Assembly: GCA_050575255.1 (NCBI GenBank)
Contig: JBNZDD010013726.1
Span: 1,280,409 to 1,344,408, forward strand
Source: Harriotta raleighana
Lineage: Eukaryota
Direction of reading: 5' to 3'
Length of the DNA stretch: 64,000 nt
How positions within the stretch are numbered: position 1 is the stretch's first letter; every line of letters begins with the position of its first letter. The position numbers were made by a program, and so were the translations under genes. The notes below the pieces were generated by a model. That model was not told where the DNA came from. It saw nothing but the letters and a program-made list of their open reading frames with translations, and did no database searches. Below, piece after piece: positions 1 to 13,266 of this stretch.

Positions 1-10
1 ATCATCTGTC

Positions 11-80
11 CAGCGCCTTGGGACGTCCTCCTGACGTGAAACGCGCTCTATAAATGTAATGTTGTTGTTGTTGTTGTTGT
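11..80 (+). mobile_element. L2 LINE 3' tail (hairpin plus (GTT)n)
   Basis: AGCGCCTTGGGACGTCCTCCTGACGTGAAACGCGCT followed by ATAAATGTAAT(GTT)n; the same tail ends the longer L2 fragment at 23490-24047. Confidence 0.8.
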
Positions 81-2739
81 ATGCCACAGTTTGATGCAAA
101 GTAGAAGTGGAATTCAAGGAGTTGTGCTCATATGTTAAACTCTTTGAGGAGATAGGATCTATTTGCCATAATTTTATGTTTGGATGAGGTTTCTAAGATT
201 AAAAGTTAGTAAAGCTTCTATAAGGTTGCTGAGGCTATTTGTGTGTCAAGCTATGTCTCCATTAAAGAATACAAATCTCTAATGAATGCACAACATTTTC
301 CCCTTCTCCAGATGACCAAAAATAATATGAACTAAATGCCGAGTAAAGCTTCCTTCACTCTTCATCAGCTACACAGTCTGATATGCCTGCTCTGGAGAAT
401 TCTCTTATTGCTCCTGAGAGACATTTCCTGTTCCCAAACCAGTCATCCTCATGACCTCTCTGAGTTAGACGTACAATTAGGGCTGATTCAGTGCTGTGTT
501 TTGAGCAGTTCTATCTTATATACGTGTACCTGTGAGCAACTGGATAGAGACAAGCCTCTATTCATTTCACTAGGGATTAATTTTACTAGGGAATCTTACA
601 GTCAGTAGTTTCATTGCAAGAACCTGGGAAAGACGCAAGCACAGGCTCCAAATATTATGATTATTATTATTAAAGATGATGAGAGAGTGGCAATCCATTG
701 CTTGCTTGCTTCTGGACTTTTCAAAATATTTATCATTTGAAATATAATTTTTTTGCAGCCCATGCATGAGACTGGAAACAGCCTTTGTAACTGTAGAACT
801 AAATAATTTTAATAGTCTAGGTTCTCTCCCCTCCATAGCCCCCCCTTTGATCTTGGGCTCCCAGTCACTTTATGAAGTACTTCAGGACATGAAAGAAGCA
901 ATATAAATGTAAATTGTTTTTGTTGATTTCCCCTTCTTCCTGAGTGAAGAGCCTTACATCCATGTTTATTGCCTCCAACAACATTGTCATGATCTGAAGT
1001 AATTCCATGGATATTGCATCAATACTACTTGTCTACTCTAGCAGGCAACTGTGTGAATTTCAATTGATACTGGGTAAGAAGAAGTTGGAGGTACTGAATT
1101 TGGATTAGTTTGCTCTGCAGTAAGTTCAACTGAATAGAAATGATCTTTCAGCTAATATTTTAAACAGAACAACCAAATTCCCCAATTAAACCAGATTGTT
1201 TGTAGTTCATTGCTCAGTTTGGCAGCAAAATAACTTGGAAGAACCAAAGACACATCTTTTGCTGCTTGACAATGATGTTTGCCCCAATGTCCCACATTTC
1301 CTTTGAAAAGATTATTTTGGCACATGATAATATTCATTCAATATTCCTGACTATTTTCCAGGCGGGAATGTGCAATCTTATAGGTTAATAGGTTTCCCCT
1401 CCAGATAATTAATAGCCTTGAACAAAAATGGTATGAGGTCAGAGAGTAAAATGGGTTTTATATCCTAATCATCAGTTGTATCTTGAGGTCTTCTCTATCG
1501 CATTTGCCTGAATTTCCCCTGATAAAACTCTGCTTCTCTGATTATTACACCCCCGGCTATTTCACGGCCTTAAGCATTTGAATTTTTCAACCTGTGAACC
1601 TCTTGTATAGTTTGAGTGGCATGTGTGATCCCCAATCAAATAACTAATTATAGTTCCAATGCAGTGAAGCAGCCCATCGTCAAAGTGAGAATGAAGCCAA
1701 ACATCAAACATTCTTTCTTATTTACTGCTACATGATTCTTCACAAAAATTTAAAAAATCTTTTCATGCAATTCAAGGGAACTTTTTTTTTTACCTTAAAT
1801 ATCTATTTGAAAGCACCAAAAACAAAGCAACTTCACATTAGCTCTCTGGTGCTGTTCGTATTCCACAAGTCTCAGCATGCTTTCATTCCTGAATTGAAGA
1901 GAGGAGTCACTCTTGCTTGTTGCTCAGTCATTTGATTAGGATGAGCTGCCACTCAATCTTCAATACTGTCAGTTCTGGGAGTTATCTGGGCATGTGCCTT
2001 CCTTGATGAACAGTCAAGAGCAACATAGGAAATGGCCAACAAGATCACTGAGCACTGAATTTTTACTTATTGAGACACAGAAAACTTCATCTAATGATTT
2101 AAGATGTCCATCAGCAGAAAAGCTGGTGGACAGACTTTGGGAGAACTCCCTTCCCTGAGTTGAGAGCAAGATATGTCCATTTGACTACTTCACTGACGTG
2201 CCTACCTTCTTGGCTCAGCAGACACAGCTGCACCTGAGGAAGTTTCACTTCATTCATTTTTCGAGAAGTTAAATATGTGTTATCTATGTTAAGGCTGGAT
2301 GATAAAGATATCATCAAATCACTTCAAAAGAGAAGCGGGGGTGGGGTTTCTTGGTGTCAAGGCTAAGCCAGATATGTTGGTCATTGACATGTGAGCAAAA
2401 TAGGATATTGCTGTGAGCAAAAATAACTGCTGTGTTTGACTACAAATTGACAGCAATTATCTGTGATGCATTTCGAGACACTTTGATGTCATGATGTACA
2501 AAATGCATGACACAACTGTCCCTAAAATGTAGGAAGTTTGGACATCAAATGTGTGGTGATATGAGTGACAATATGTTATTACCATAATACACTCGATTCA
2601 CATTGATATTGTATAATGTTACTGTTAGATTATACTTATGCCATCAAATTTACCAGAAATAATAGTACACATTGATAGCTCTCCATATGGACTTTACACA
2701 AAGCAAGAATGCTTTTTGTCTGTAGGATGTCAAGATTTT

Positions 2740-2855
2740 GTTTCACCCACAAATATAGTCAATTCACTTTACAGTATATTCTGTGAAGCACTTTGAGACG
2801 TCTAAAAAACGTGAAAAGTGCTATATCAAATGCAAGGATTATTACTATTATTATT
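2740..2855 (+). mobile_element. 3' fragment of the dominant tRNA/Deu SINE
   Basis: CCCACAAATATAGTCAATTCACTTTACAGTATATTCTGTGAAGCACTTTGAGACGTC...AAATGCAAGGATTATT matches other copies in the window. Confidence 0.85.
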
Positions 2856-3885
2856 TGAGTTCAATGACAAGTGCAAGATCAATTCTGAATAGCAATATAC
2901 TTAAGAATGCAAATAATCATGCTTTCTTGTTTTGGTGATCTGTAATGTTCCCTGGGGTAATGTAAGCTTTCTTTTCCCCAATGGTTCCTATGCCCATGAA
3001 GAGATGCCTAACCTCAGCAGTAGAAACTGTGAGGGTTTACTTGAATGGCAACCAAGTAAACTAGCACCATATTATGTTCTTCTGTATTAGTCATAAATCC
3101 TATCATAAATATTTGTGAAACATTTTCTCCAAATCTATTTGTTTAATTTAATCCCAAACAGTGAATTTACTGGATAAATCCTCAATGATCTACTCTTTGT
3201 GTGAATGTACAAATTAGGTTCTGTGTTCATTTGTTTTCAACTTTCAATAGGTTGCAGAACAGATGGGCAGGGAGTGTAAAGGAAATAGTGGGTCTTGCAG
3301 TATGTGCATATGTGTATGCAGCAGAAAATAAAGCAGAAAACTATAGTGAAGAAAAGTTCCATTCCATAGAAATCAATAGAAGTTCCCCAGCTTTTAGTTT
3401 TATATTAACTGTAAACTTTGTTGTTTATTATTCTGCTATATAGAAAGAATGATTGCGGTGCAGCTCTCCTGCGAATAGAGCAGCCATTCTGAGAAGGCAA
3501 CAGAGACAGACTGAAACATTCTGTCAGCGAGCACTGTTTCTAAAAAACATTCTCTTGCAATAAAACTTGTTCTGAACTCAAAGACTGGAACCTTTCCAGG
3601 AATACAAGGCTGTGAACGAGAGATTGACAATACTGCCAGTGACAGAAACTCTTGTTTGCTTCCGTGACCATTGATCTATTGCATCATGACTCATTGCACG
3701 CCTTTGCTCAATTACTTTTTACCCATGGAATGTACATCTTTTTACCCATGAAATTAAAAAATATTGATGTGGATTAGTTCAAAGCTAATTAGCTTTGAAT
3801 ATTGCTCACCCTGAAATAGGCCATCTTCCCCTCCCCCCACCTCCCATAGGATTATAAATGACCCATTGCAAAATATATTTTGCAG

Positions 3886-4535
3886 TGGAGTCCAGTAGCT
3901 CAGTGGTTAGAGCACTTGCCTTGGTTCAATTCCAGGCAGGGTAAAACGTTGGGCAAGTTTCCTTACTCCACTCGCCCAGGGTCGGCGCTACCTTTAGGCA
4001 AACTAGGCGGTCACCTAGGGGAGCAAAATCTGGTGGGCGCCGGCCCTGGTTACAGAGCACTTTTGTACATAGCACTGCTGGTGTATAGTGGTGCAGGTGT
4101 GGGAGTTAGCAGTACGTTTACTGGAGAATACAATTTATTTCCTATTTTATTTAATACTCAAATAAAACAGAAGTATGTTTCATAAATAAATAAATGTATA
4201 ACTATTACCATTACTTTCATTGATAATTAATGGTATGAATTTTTAGTATTAACATTAGCCTATCAAAAGTTACTAGGGGGTGCACATCTGAAGGCTCACT
4301 TAGGGCACCAAATATCCTGGCGCCATTCCTGCACACATCTAATAATAATCCCTCAAAAAATTGATCTTTTGAATCCATGGCTGTTTGTGGGACATTGCTG
4401 TGCACAATTGGCTACTGTGTTTCGCCCACATATATACAGTCAAATCACTTTACAGTATATTCTATGAAGCGCTTTGAGATGTCTAGACGACGTAAAAAGT
4501 GCTATATCAAATGCAAGGATTATTAGTAGTTTTAT
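3886..4535 (+). mobile_element. tRNA-derived Deu-type SINE split by a DNA transposon
   Basis: Head TGGAGTCCAGTAGCTCAGTGGTTAGAGCAC (A box) and GGTTCAATTCC (B box) at 3886-3976; body and tail resume at 4332 and end AAATGCAAGGATTATT. Confidence 0.85.
3977..4331. mobile_element. Non-autonomous hAT-type (Tip100-like) DNA transposon
   Basis: Left end CAGGGTCGGCGCTA, right end TGGCGCCATTCCTG (reverse complement CAGGAATGGCGCCA); degenerate 8-bp TSD CACTCGCC / CACACATC; interrupts the SINE at a defined point. Confidence 0.75.
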
Positions 4536-4774
4536 AATTATTTTGGGTGCTTAATCTTCAAAAATGGGTGATGAATGATCCTTGCCTGAAATGCAGTTTC
4601 TCAGCACCACACAGGTTTACTTGAATAGGCCACATGTGCAGCCATATGCTGTGAGCAAATTGAGTAGCTGTCAAAAAACTCCAAGACATTGAAAGATCAC
4701 ATAGCCTGAAATCACTCACCTTACACAAAAGCTGATGCTGCATGTCAAATTTTGGATAGTGAACTCTGAATATT

Positions 4775-5020
4775 GTGAGCTACATAAGGTTTGATACATG
4801 GTCTGCCCTGAGCCAGATGATCTCAGTCATATCAACAGTGAGTTGTCTTGAGTATCCCCAGGCTGGGAAGATAGGTGTGAGAGAAACACTGTCACAACTC
4901 CCATTCCAGCTTGCTATTCAGTGACACCTGGTAGGACAGGAACTGGTTTGAATCTTATTTTATTTGACATTTAAATAAACATCATTGCTCACTGCACAGG
5001 CCTGATTGTCGAAGAATAAT
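4775..5020 (+). mobile_element. Ancient SINE remnant (AmnSINE2-like by recall)
   Basis: GGTTTGATACATGGTCTGCCCTGAGCCAGATGATCTCAG...GCTATTCAGTGACACCTG...AGGACAGGA resembles an old vertebrate SINE body; highly diverged. Confidence 0.4.
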
Positions 5021-5943
5021 TTGAATGAAATGATGACATAAATTATATCCCAAGCCATTTTAAATCATCAGTGAAGAAATCAAAATTCTCAATCTAATAT
5101 TTAAAGTATCAGACTCCAATCAGTCTTCATCAGTCAGTTTTGTCTTACAAGAAAATAATGGAGATGGAGTAAACAGTTTGAACACAGGACTTGGAATCAA
5201 ATAGTCTAATCCACAATCTTCCTGACCCCCCCACCTCTCTCATCATAAGAAGCCAAATCTGAACTTTTGATCCTTATCTGCATGTGAATCTTTGTTTGCC
5301 AACAAGCAAAAGTAAACATATTTTTACTGTATGTCCTGCAAACCAACCATGTGAAACTCTCCATAATTTGGTATGGAGACTTAAAGCATGCTGATGGGTG
5401 TGTCAGATATCCAGATAATTAAAACAAAATGTGAAGCAGGGTAGAAAGCAAAAATATAATTTTCTTTCAAGCAGTTGGGGTAGATGAAAAGCTAAATATT
5501 AAAATGTTAAATGCGGAGCATTATAAAAATCATATTGTGATATGAGTTCATGCTGTAAAGTATTTTTTGTGTTTTAATATATGTGGCAGTGCATGTCGTA
5601 GTTTAATTGATGCTCATATTTTAAATAATTGTATAATTCCAGTGCAATCTACAATCTGTACTATTGAGAAGCTCTTACCCAGACCTCCAATTCAATGTTT
5701 GAATCAACGAAACAACTGTTATGAAAATCTGAGATAATGTATGTCCATTTTTCCCTGCTGATGCATAGGTTTCCTTGTGTTTATATGATGCATTCATCAT
5801 GTGTGATATTTTTAGATTGCCTTGGGGAGAGATTACAAAAGCATACCCTGCAACTGACTGGTGGTCTTTCAGAATACCTTCAATACAATGCAGAGTCTTG
5901 TTGTCACTTTCAATTTCAAGGCAAAAAAGTTACAATAAGCAGG

Positions 5944-6288
5944 TAATGATAATAATAATAATAATAATCCTTGCATTTGAAAGAGCGCTTTTCACATTTT
6001 ATCAACGTCCCAAAGCGCTTCACAGAATATACTGTAAAGTGAATTGACTGTATATTTGTGAGCAGAACGTGGCAGCCAATTGCGCACAGCAGCGTCCCAC
6101 AAACAGTCATAGATTGAAATGACCAATTTTTTATTATTGTGGGTTTTTTGGGAGGGATTATTATTAGGCATGTGGAGTAAGGAAACTTGCCCAAGGTTTC
6201 GCCCCGATCTTCCTGTTTTTGAACACAGGTCTCATGCTTGTAAGGCATGTAAGGCGAGTGCTCTCACCACTGAGCCACAGGAGCTCCA
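5944..6288 (-). mobile_element. Full-length tRNA/Deu SINE (GGAGCTCC-head subtype)
   Basis: (TAA)n tail at the left, Deu-like GCAGCCAATTGCGCACAGCAGCGTCCCACAAAC, and head ending CTGAGCCACAGGAGCTCCA. Confidence 0.9.
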
Positions 6289-9200
6289 ATGGGGCAACGT
6301 ATCAAAGTGGTAGTTATCTGTGGAGAAATATTCAGAATGAATCACTTTACAATAAATAGCTTTGCAATGGTTCAGCCACTTTTTGAACAGAGTGCTCCTA
6401 CATGGTTTGCATGGTGGTATTCTGTTGAATTTTGATTCTGGTACTTTTTGAAAACCACCAGACAGCAGTTTGGTTAATAATATGAGTGGTCAAGTCATTA
6501 AGCAGAGCAGATTAGTACTGTAATTAAATTGGAAGAACTATTGAACACTAAGGACAATGTTTAAAACACTTACAGAGTGAGTAAGCTGAAAATGGAAATC
6601 ATATAGAAAAAGTAATATACCTGTAATATTTAAATGAAGAGATTCAAATGAAGGCATTTCTGCTAAAGTGGGATGAGTGACATGACAATTCTATCTTTGT
6701 CTACAAATGCATACCTTAATAATATAAATTAAATTCTAATGCCAACTTTTCATACAAGTCATGAAAAGTGTCTCTTCACTTTCCCTAAAATGACACTGTT
6801 CCTTTATAGCTCAAGAACTTGCTTCATGTCAGAAATTGGACTTTTATGTGCTTAGAAGGTGCACTTTTGTTCCGAAAAGTATTGAGGCTAAAATATCTGG
6901 AGCAAGCTTCTAAGAAGCGCACTTCAAAGTTTCTCATCAGAAACTGTCAGCTGGAATTTGGTTTGAAATTTCAGTCTTGTCCATATATATGGATTGGCTT
7001 TTTTAAACCTTCATTGAAGTGTACTGGTTTGAATCTTGTTCCAAGGCTAATGGATTGTTATACTGTAAAATGTGACATTTTGCTTAGCGGAATTAAGCTT
7101 AAGCTGTTTATGACTGATTTTATGAGAGAATTAAGGAAAGGTATTTGCTTATTGTGACTTTAATAGACATGGATATTTCCCCAAAGAGAGATTGTGGATG
7201 TAAGGACTCATTTTCACCTCAGAAATCTGGCAAAGATTTTCATTCTTTTGTACATAGGTTTACTGAGTTAAGTTTCAAAAAGAGTCATGACCAGTTATAA
7301 CAAAATAACTTTTGCAAGATCAGTCTGTTTCACAAATGTTGTGTGAACTCAACAACAAACTATTGTTAATTCATCTCAAGCCTCTGTAAGAAGGGGTAAG
7401 ATTACCTTCCCAGTACCCCATTATCCTCCCAGCCTTCACAAATATTAAATGCTTTCCCATGTTAGAACAATCTGCTACAGTATAATGCTCTGAGATCTGT
7501 TGATTGATGGTGCAACTTTGCAAACTTTTCTTCAAAAGTTTAAAATGCATTGTATACATGATTTAATATAAGGCATGTTGTGTTTGGAAAAAGATTTTGA
7601 TGTAAGAATTGGCTCATTCCATGTTCTCCGTTTCACACATGTTATATCTGCATATAGAGGACAGTATTTTTACGATAGTTTCAAAGTATGTTGTATTGTT
7701 TTTTCTTCTGGTGCCTTCTGTCAGCTTGAGCTGTTTACTGGAGCCAAACCAGTACCATTTTTCTGCCAAGCCTGCTTGGTATTTCCCAGTGGAGGCAATG
7801 AAGTCAAATCTGAATGAGATTCAGTTGCTCTGCCCCACAATGCTTATGTTAAATGTGTACTGTTATAATAGAGACATAACGTTTGCATGTAAATAAAAGA
7901 CACTAAATAGTGGCCACGTTAGAGTGACCATTCCTGTTCTTACCATCAAATGCCTGAATGGTCTTGCCCCACTTTACTTGCAAAATTGCCCTTTTGCAGC
8001 TCTACTATTCTAGCCGCTTCTTTCACTCTATCCCCACTCTCTTAAACTTTCTATTTGTGGGATCCAGTTATAGGATACGCACCTGTGGAAAGCTAGTTTA
8101 CAATCCAGAACAACTTGCATTGGGACAAAATCCCTTTCTTTTGAAGAAATGAAAGTTCTAGGATAGTCTAAGAAGGTTGTTTTGTCAATCCATGGATTCT
8201 GTTGAAATTCCATTCTAATTGGGATTGAAAACTCTTTCACTTGTGCAAGGCATTTTCCCAAACAGATGCAGCAGTAATAGCCTTGCAGTTCCCCTGTGAA
8301 GATACAAGTTGTTCAGAGAATTAAATGTTGGAGCTTTTCAACCATTGTTCTGCAAGTTATGCCAAGTAAACTCGAATTTTATTCAGCAGAAATAACTAGA
8401 GAGGTAAGTTGTGAAGCATTTAACTACGATAACAATGAAAAGGGACAGGATGTTCAGCTTCATTACTTTAAGAGAGATTAAAAAGCAATTTTGACAGCAT
8501 TTTAATACTGTACTTGCCACTTTCTTAGTTGATGAAGCCAAGCAGCATATTAATGAGATACCAGTTGATTGAATACTCGTTGAACTTTAATACTAGCCCA
8601 TGGACATCTCTAATCATTCTAATACAATGTTGACTTTTTTGAAGTTGAACCAGTTGACAGTTAAGATCTCAAATCCATTACCAAGAATTTAAAATACATT
8701 ATATGCTCTGAACAGTGCCTGCTTATATTTGACATGTGCCATATCTGTAAGTTATTAGCAGGAAGAAGTTGAACGAGCTGATTAAGATCACATTTATAAC
8801 TCAGCAGGATTTGGACCAATTTACAGTTGTGCTTTTTGGTTTGCCAAATGCCCCAGGACCTTTTTTGATTGATGGAATTGGGGTTATGAGGACTGCAGTG
8901 GTGCTTTTGTTTCATTTATTTGAACAATGTCATTGTCTTTTCAAGATTTGTTGAAGAACATTTAGTAAGGGAGGGTTTGAGGTACCACAGTTCAATAAAT
9001 TCTAAGCATTGTTTCATGTTTCATACTGCGTAATCTGCTTAGTTTTGAATGAGGAATTGCAATGAACTCAGAAAATATGGGAACAATAGATCTTACTCTG
9101 TCTCTGTCAATGCTAAATGAGGTCCAGAGTTTTAGTTTTAATCGGTTATTGCTGATGTAGAGCTCAAACTGTAAAGCTCTTCCTAGATGTATAAATGCAG

Positions 9201-10559
9201 AACCGCATTTAGAGAACTGTAATCTTCCTCTTAACATTGAAGGAATTTAGTTTAGATGTTAATGCTTTGGTTTTATCTCAAGTGTAAAGACATCCTGCGT
9301 TTGCAGGAATACATTTTGAAATATCCCTGAAAGAACCATTATTGCTCATTGCTTTGCAGAATGAATATATAACACAAACTGACAGAGAAGACTTAACCAT
9401 TTTCGCAGAAGACTTTTAACTTTTAATCCAGCTACCTCTATGCCAATACCTGCCATTAACAAATGAAATAGTTCTTTCAAAGCTGTCAGTAAAGTGTGGC
9501 AGTCAGAATTAATGATTTAATGAAAAAAAAGACAGTATTTTTTATGTACCTTGAAGTGTCAAACATCCAGGACTTGTAGCGATGAATAATCACTTATGGT
9601 GGAAAGTGACAATTTCCAGGGAAAACTGACATCAGGACAGAATTAATTATACTAAAACGTAAGACGTTTCAAAGAAAGCGTGGTGGAACAATAAAGTTCT
9701 TCCACCTTGCAATAAATGGTAGCCATTCTAACATAATACCTTTTCATGTTTTGTTTCAATCTGTCTGAGAAGGAAGACTAATGAGGCACCAGTCTTGTAT
9801 CCTAGATATATAACAGCAGGTTATATGATATATATCATATTTGACTGTGTTCATTTCATATCAAAGTTTAAGCATTTGTTTTCTCTTGACTCATCCTAGC
9901 TAACTTTAAGTGGGCACCATTGACACACAAGTGAGATGATTTTGTTTGGATCTTTAAGCAGAAGAAGCAATTGGCTCTGTAAAGCCACAGCAGATGTTCC
10001 TTTCTGAACCTCATGATATGTTTCTGCCGTGTAACACATGGCAAGTTGTGTTATCACACATGGAGATTTCCTGCAGTAAATTGTTTTCATGGTTTCACTC
10101 AGAAGGCAAATTAATTAACACGTATAGGGTACACAAGACCAATGAGCCAGAGAGAACTGATAGCTTAAAATAATAAAGGTACAAGTGAATCTAGGCTCAA
10201 AGCTGAGCCCAGAATTTGTTTTATTGTTGTAGCCCCCCACCCCTCCCACACACACACACAACAAACATACACATACACTGTAGTTACTTTGCTGTTCTCC
10301 TGCATTTCTCGAACAATAGATGTTTGGAATGGCCTGTTAAGATTCCATGGAGATTTTCCCACTCTCCTCAGGATAGAGTACAGTCCCAGCTTACTACCTC
10401 CCTCTGAAACCTTGTCTGAAATTGGTAGTGCGCTGTGCAAGGCCACACTAATGTGCCACTCTTATTATGACACCATGTTTTGGAGCAGCAATGCTCCTCA
10501 GAAAACAATGCTCATGTTAGAGAATGGAGCAGTTGTCTGTGTTTCACACCCAGGGTCAA

Positions 10560-10895
10560 TAACAAGCACCACCCAAGACAGGTAGAGTACAAACCTCATG
10601 CAGAGTAAAGCTTCCCTCCACGTGTCACAACAATTTGTTTTAACCTCAACCTCAAAGAAGACCAAAGTGCTGATGCGCTGTGTCTTTTTCATTTCTCACA
10701 CTGGCAATCCTCTTGGTCTCTCTTATGTCAGACTGTCTTATTTAATATCAAAGATAGCTCATTTTGTGCTGCAGATCATTTCACTTGGAACCCTTTTAGT
10801 CATTGGAGACTAAAGCCTTTGCTCATCAGTGTGGGCTAGATTTGAACCCTGAGCCCAGAGATGAAAGAGCAGTGCTTCCACTTACTGAGCCACCT
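10560..10895 (-). mobile_element. LF-SINE-like ancient SINE, near full length with an internal deletion
   Basis: Minus strand reads GGTGGCTCAG...CTTTCATCTCTGGG..GGGTTCAAATCTAGCCCACACTGATG...CCAAGTGAAATGA...GCAGCACAAAA...GGGAAGCTTTACTCTGC; blocks are colinear with the copy at 35770-36065. Confidence 0.65.
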
Positions 10896-11954
10896 GGTAT
10901 TTGTGTCAAAGTATCTGTGATACTGACATTAGAAACTGTCATATTCTTGTACATATGCAAGTTAACCACTGGAAGACAGATGAGAATAAAAATGGCCTAG
11001 AATTAAGTCCATACCTATTGTGTTGCAGATCCAGCTATGAAGTTATCAATCCATAACTAGCACATTTTAATGAATCTCTGGCTGAATTGAATATCAGGAC
11101 ACTATCAGCATGTGTAGGGGTATGAAGCAACATCTGGTATATGCTGGAAGGCTCTCTGTATGAATCCTGAGGGATTGTATGTAGTTCAAATGGGGATTAT
11201 ATATATTGCCTGAGCAAATGTAGTACGGCGAGATTTTGCCATTTGTAGCATCTGTATGTATATGCCTCTTCATTTATAAAGTTGTACATAAATTGGTGTG
11301 ACGTAATGTATAATCATATAATATTTACCAAAGTGTTCCTTAAAAGTGCAGTGTGACGGGTTCCCACCTTCATTGCTCCTCTATTCCAGTCTGACAGGTT
11401 GCTCGGGTCGCTGTAAAAGCTTATTGTAACCACTTGAAAGTCATTTATCTGCAAGTAGCTTTCTTCAGTCAGTGTCAATCAGCCTCAATGGCTGGAGTGT
11501 GTTGGAGAGAACAGTGAGGTATTCCTTTTTATCCTATTATGAGCTGTATACAATGTAGATGGCCCAGTGAATGTTGATATTGCTTTTTTTTGCACGGTGT
11601 AACAATAATCTGAGATCCCTGATACTAGTGTAAGGGCATTTATTAAGGCTAAATATAAAGGATATTGCTGTTGCAAGTCTGATTAATGGAAAGCACAGGA
11701 CATTTGCCACTGAATCAACTCTTCCAGATGATATTGTGGAGAATAAGAATTAAGTTTGAACTGTTGATAATGATCACCTGAATCCAGAGATGAGATCACA
11801 GACTGGAAACACTCCCATGTTTGTCTTTGTGTTATTCTAAATACTATATTAGAATAAACCTCATTTTTGGTGAAGTTTATTTTAGGTGGTGGGGCTATCT
11901 CAAAATACTTCACAGGATTTAATGTAGTAATTGTATTTCTTTGTAGGCCTATCT

Positions 11955-12050
11955 AGCAGCCAATTTGAACACACAGTAAAGTCCCATAATCATTCATGAA
12001 GTGAATGATCAATTTTATCAGGAGGATTCTTGGCCAAAATACTGGGCATC
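11955..12050 (-). mobile_element. Degraded Deu-domain SINE fragment
   Basis: GCAGCCAATTTGAACACACAGTAAAGTCCCA...TGAATGATCAATT...TTGGCCA. Confidence 0.5.
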
Positions 12051-12119
12051 TCTTTTTTCTTTTCTCTGTTTTGAATATAATTAAATTGAGTTCATGTGGC
12101 TTCTTTGCATTTGTTTGCC

Positions 12120-12245
12120 TACGCTACACCTGACCATGTCTCCTTCAGGGCATACCTGAAGACCTCCTCTTCAACCGTATCCTCCGCCACCCTACCCTTC
12201 CCTGTCTCCTTTCCTCCTGATCCTAACCCCCCGAAACGTCCTCCT
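12120..12245 (+). mobile_element. L2 3' fragment
   Basis: TCCTTCAGGGCATACCTGAAGACCTCCTCTTCAACC plus a C-rich UTR, similar to 23875-23960. Confidence 0.55.
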
Positions 12246-13204
12246 AATGTAATTCGCTCTTATTGACTGGAAATTAGTTGTCAACATTGCAACTGAGAAA
12301 ATAATTTTCCTTTTTTATTGTTTCTCTGGTGACTCTTTGTGAGTAAAACATTGCATATTTTTTCATTTACTTTCATTGGCTTGAGAAAATGATGGTAGAT
12401 GTCTGAGACTGTGGAGCTGGTTCTGACACCAAGTAACCCAGTCACAATGGACTAGAAAAATGTCCTTGTGGAAATCAGAGAAATGCTCACTCATCACTAT
12501 ATATACAGTATTTAGAAAGCGGCCAAAAATAAGATTACAATTGCCAAATCATTAAGAATTCCTTTTCTTGTTCTAAATGTTCTCTAAATCTATTAATTTA
12601 TTGTGGGTATAGGTTTAATTCGCTCTTGGCTCTGTACTCTGGAAACATTAAATCTAAATCAGGCCTTCATTTTCACAGGAAGGAAATATAGAATGAATTG
12701 CTGAGCGCAAAATATGATGCAGCAAACGCTGTGTGAATGCATATTCCTGAACATTTGGTTCAGTAACTGCATTCAGCCCATTATCCAAAGGCTTTCAACC
12801 TTGAAGCTTAGTTGATAGATCTTCTGGTTTGTCTTTCAAAGAGCACTGGTTCGTTCAACTCTTTGGAATTCTAACAGAGTGTGCCAATGCCCAGCACACC
12901 GGGTGGATGATGAAATTCCATCTGAAATTTCAGAAAAAATGGGAGATTCAAAATCGGAGATTAATTTATGAAGTTCAGCAAAACCTGGGAATACTGAGGC
13001 ATTAATATTTTATTTCAAATGAGCTTCAAAGTAGCCCTTTTTATTTTGATGCAGCTCATCACTTGCATCAATTTTAAATTGAAAGCATTTAAACATTAAC
13101 ATTGATTGTAATTTCTTTTATTACAAAATGGAAATGATTTTTGTTAAGTCTTCAGTGTTTTAACAGTGATAATGTATAACCTGATTTAACTCCCAATTTA
13201 TTTC

Positions 13205-13266
13205 AAGCACCTTAGAATGTCCTCCCGACATGAAAGGTGCTATACAAGTATAATTTTGTTGTTTTG
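13205..13266 (+). mobile_element. L2 tail-only insertion
   Basis: AGCACCTTAGAATGTCCTCCCGACATGAAAGGTGCTATACAAGTTATAATTTTGTTGTT. Confidence 0.7.

Noticed and set aside
3444-3492. Possible terminal exon KNDCGAALLRIEQPF*
   Set aside because: Short, unrecognised, and with no supporting upstream exon
9823-9840. 18-bp perfect palindrome ATATGATATATATCATAT (and a similar one near 50890-50910)
   Set aside because: Low-complexity AT sequence
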